This document shows positions 61,235 through 64,000 of a DNA stretch of 64,000 bases, piece after piece (positions within the stretch are counted from its first letter, which is position 1; each line of letters starts with the position of its first letter). The DNA comes from Candidatus Latescibacterota bacterium. GTDB lineage: Bacteria; Latescibacterota; UBA2968; UBA8231. A program made the position numbers and the translations under genes. The DNA is taken from assembly GCA_965197905.1 (NCBI GenBank), contig CBDAOB010000001.1, positions 131,332 to 195,331 on the forward strand, in the 5' to 3' direction. Below the pieces are notes generated by a model, which saw nothing but the letters and a program-made list of their open reading frames with translations, did not search any database and had not been told where the DNA came from.

Positions 61235-61638
61235 GACCGGTCGAAGTCGCGAATCCTGTAGAACCTGTTGTCGAATTCCACTGCCACTTCACCCTGATCT
61301 GTCGTGTGCCCGAGTCTGTGGAGAAACTCTCGGAGCCGGGGCAGGGAGCTGAGAAACTGCCCCGGTTTGATGAAGGTATAGATCAGAACTGGCTGTTCCC
61401 AGATGACATCTCCATCGTCGTCTAGCCATCCGCCTTCGACCGGAGGCAGGATGGTAAATCCGCCACCGATTGAGGCAAGGATCTCCGCTGCTTCTAGTAC
61501 CCAGCCTCGCTGATTGCCGATCTCGTTACCATGCTTGTCCCTATTGGGGATGAAGAGCGTCAGCTGTTGCGATGACGTGTCGCTGGACGCCCCGAGCGAA
61601 TCTTCAAGATCGACCTCGTCCTCTGCTAACTCGTCCAT
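61231..61638 (-). CDS. hypothetical protein, DUF3574/GlnB-like pattern
   Basis: LTLFIPNRD...GGFT...EGGW...E.PVLIYTF...QGEVAVEF. Confidence 0.7.
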   Translation of the reverse strand: MDELAEDEVDLEDSLGASSDTSSQQLTLFIPNRDKHGNEIGNQRGWVLEAAEILASIGGGFTILPPVEGGWLDDDGDVIWEQPVLIYTFIKPGQFLSSLPRLREFLHRLGHTTDQGEVAVEFDNRFYRIRDFDRS

Positions 61639-62071
61639 CGGCCATCCCCTTTACCCACGTAAGGTAGCCTTTTGGGCCCAAAAGTCAACCCAACATCGCG
61701 AGTTTCGTTGGGGGGCTGGAAGCGCTATTCACCGAGATCACGGGCTGAATGTATGACTCAGGAGACTGTCCGGGCGCGAATGATAGTCGCGCTACGACGG
61801 TGCAGTGCGGAATATCTCGTCTCATATACGCCAACCGTTGCCCAGCGCAAAAGTCTCTAAGTCATTGAGAATCAGTATGTTATAATGAGAGAAGAGATTT
61901 CTTAACCTGCGGATTTCCAAACAAAGCCATTTCGAGGGTTGATGTCTCTGGGTCGCCCTCATTGGAATGTCGGATACCACCCTGTTGGCACGCCGGCATC
62001 CGAACGCCTCGTCCCAGCGACGGGGTCAAGGATGCAGCGTAAACCATGTCCCCGGACTATTCTGTAAACGA

Positions 62072-62700
62072 TCAACCCGACCGCTCATGCCATCGTCCGG
62101 TTACGAATGTTCCGTGAGATTCGATGAACCCAACTTGGCTCTTAATAAAGGACAATGATTCGCCAAACTCCGTAGACGAATACAGGTCGGTATTGATGTG
62201 AACGCGTTCGGACGGTTCAAGAATGCGATTGAGATAGTTCCGTATCGGATCGCCGCCGAACGGCCTACTCATGAATAGGTGCTCGATCTCTGTCGAGAGG
62301 GCAACGGCAGTCAGCTTCCTGAGGCCGGCGCCAAGACTATGGCCACTCCTGCATAGATCAGGCTCTGCAGAGCCATCGTCGCTGGATGCAATCGGACCAC
62401 CTTGAATGAAGGACATCGCGATAACATCATCAGTCTCGGCAAGCAAACGAGGAACGAGTCCCGTAGGAGCCCAATGTTTCAGTGCGATCCCCCTGAACTC
62501 TCCCGTTCTTTACGATCTGGGTGGACGAATGTCTTATAGATGACCCGTTGACCGCCATAACTGCCCCAAGTGATACAGTTGGTTGGACCCCGTTCACACG
62601 GTTGCTCGGAGTCTACTGAGAATCGAGGAAATTGATCAAGAAGTCTCGCTACGAATCCTTCTCCCTTTCTCTCAAATAGAAGCCTACCGTCCGTTTTCAT
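62072..62700 (-). pseudogene. phosphotransferase remnant
   Basis: VIYKTF...RKERE, then PRLLAETDDVIAMSFIQG; frameshifted and truncated. Confidence 0.5.
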
Positions 62701-62956
62701 CTAACTCCTATTAGTCTCATCCCATGTACTTTAACGATGTCTATTCTGGATTAGTGGTAGTTGAGGCGGAGTTGAAGCCATAGGAATTACCTGTGGCAGT
62801 GGCCGTAAAAACCCACACCCCAACTACCGGAGGTAAAATATGCATCTGCTATCGCCAGAAGAGAGAGCTTATGCCCGTCGAGCAGTTCTCGGCATTGATC
62901 CGGTATGCTGTCTTTCGAGAAGAATTGCAATCGCGGAGTTCCTTGTTTCCAAGGAG

Positions 62957-63511
62957 CTATTCGCGGTCCTTTGCTGTTTTGAGGTACAGTTCATTCGAGG
63001 CGGACAAGCTCAGGCCATCGATATCGCCGAATAATCGAAATCCGGAGTCTTTCTCCCAATCTCCCTGGATTCTGTGATGTTCGCAGCGTAAATCGGCTTG
63101 GGCAAGGAAAACCAATTGGAAGAAATCAGGATGGGGATATTGATATCCTTTAGGTTTCGGTTTCAAATGATGGAAGTGCATAAATCCCAGAAATTCAATG
63201 TCCTTGATTGCCCAGCCTGTTTCCTCCAAGAGTTCTCGACGAAGCGTCTCTATGACGGACTCACCCTCTTCGCGCCGGCCGCCAGGCAAGATGTGATACG
63301 TCCCATCCGTACTCTGCACGACCAGCACAGCGTTTGTTTGTAGCAATACGCACCGGACGGAAGTTATATAGTCGAATGGAGGTTGTCTGTCGCTCACGTA
63401 GCTTGCGATGCTGAGAGGCAGTTGTCCATTGCCCCAAAGGGCTGATTCTTCAGCCCCTGGCTCTTGTCCCTTCAAGAACGCCGATATGTCCGGTTGCATC
63501 GGAATTTTCAT
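62957..63511 (-). CDS. NUDIX hydrolase
   Basis: PGGRREEGESVIETLRRELLEETG. Confidence 0.9.
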   Translation of the reverse strand: MKIPMQPDISAFLKGQEPGAEESALWGNGQLPLSIASYVSDRQPPFDYITSVRCVLLQTNAVLVVQSTDGTYHILPGGRREEGESVIETLRRELLEETGWAIKDIEFLGFMHFHHLKPKPKGYQYPHPDFFQLVFLAQADLRCEHHRIQGDWEKDSGFRLFGDIDGLSLSASNELYLKTAKDRE

Positions 63512-63585
63512 GGAAAAGCTAACATCGGTCGGCCCAAGTCTCTAACGGACAATTCTCATCTGTTGGTGGGGTGCGGCCATTCGCC

Positions 63586-63670
63586 GGCATCCGAACGCCT
63601 CGTCCCAGCAAGGGGCTTACCGAAGGCCCAGCGCCGAACGGCGCGCTGCGTGAATAGCTGTGATTGACGT
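63586..63670 (-). repeat. attC-like element (family B hybrid); one end repeated at 61991-62018
   Basis: CGCCGGCATCCGAACGCCTCGTCCCAGC occurs twice; CCGAAGGCCCAGCGCCGAACGGCGCGC is shared with 46732. Confidence 0.5.
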
Positions 63671-63768
63671 GAGCTATCGCCTTAGTCCCTTTTCGTAGCT
63701 GACGTATTCTCCGACCTACCTGCTCGACATCCTGCCGAAAGCCCTTCATCGTCTATCTCCTTTACATA

Positions 63769-64000
63769 CTAAACGGGATCACTGTCCAATTGAATCCAGT
63801 ATTCCCACCAATGTTCAATTTGGTTGTAGTTTGCCCTGCCGAATGCGTTGGACATTGGAAAATTGGTCACGTCAGTGGTAGCATAAATATGATCCACCCC
63901 TTCGAGTTCTAAAACTTCAGTTCCTCGTGCTAGGAGATCATCTATGAATCTCTGTCCCCGCATCTCTGGCACTACACCAATCATCCATATGGTTAGATCT
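63769..64000 (-). CDS. GNAT acetyltransferase C-terminus (partial)
   Basis: IGVVPEMRGQRFIDDLL...TDVTNFPMSNAF. Confidence 0.8.
   Translation of the reverse strand, partial: DLTIWMIGVVPEMRGQRFIDDLLARGTEVLELEGVDHIYATTDVTNFPMSNAFGRANYNQIEHWWEYWIQLDSDPV

Noticed and set aside
61856..61886. TAAGTCATTGAGAATCAGTATGTTA as a dif or island-end site
   Set aside because: It is a poor match to XerC/XerD arms and no partner site or recombinase lies nearby.

Overview
Bacterial chromosomal window. The lineage cannot be proven from sequence alone, but the ECF-ankyrin fusion, Reg_prop sensor and small HTH protein suggest a Latescibacterota/Poribacteria-like organism (inference). Bases 1-11.8 kb are host backbone: an RND efflux operon, a Yip1 protein, a GH95-like hydrolase and an isolated fliN-fliN-fliG-fliM cluster. 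From tRNA-Glu(CTC) at 12011 to the end is a mosaic, partly decayed accessory island. It contains a large serine recombinase whose ORF reads through the tRNA, tRNA-Asn and tRNA-Lys 3' remnants, lambda-like prophage scraps (portal, gpW, amidase) with a repeated structured late-leader, a defence-type cluster, ECF sigma modules, two oppositely oriented runs of integron-like cassettes with atypical attC-like palindromes (no intI in the window), and a class E group II intron inserted in a palindromic repeat whose empty copy lies nearby. The best candidates for undescribed biology are: the four-gene GlnB-like/RHH-like/ImmA-IrrE/cyclodeaminase locus (59.0-61.6 kb); the covarying structured leader RNA (30.1, 36.7 and 39.6 kb); a duplicated sigma28-type sRNA; and a leader-peptide attenuator before a kinase gene. 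All family calls are by motif recognition; no database search was run.
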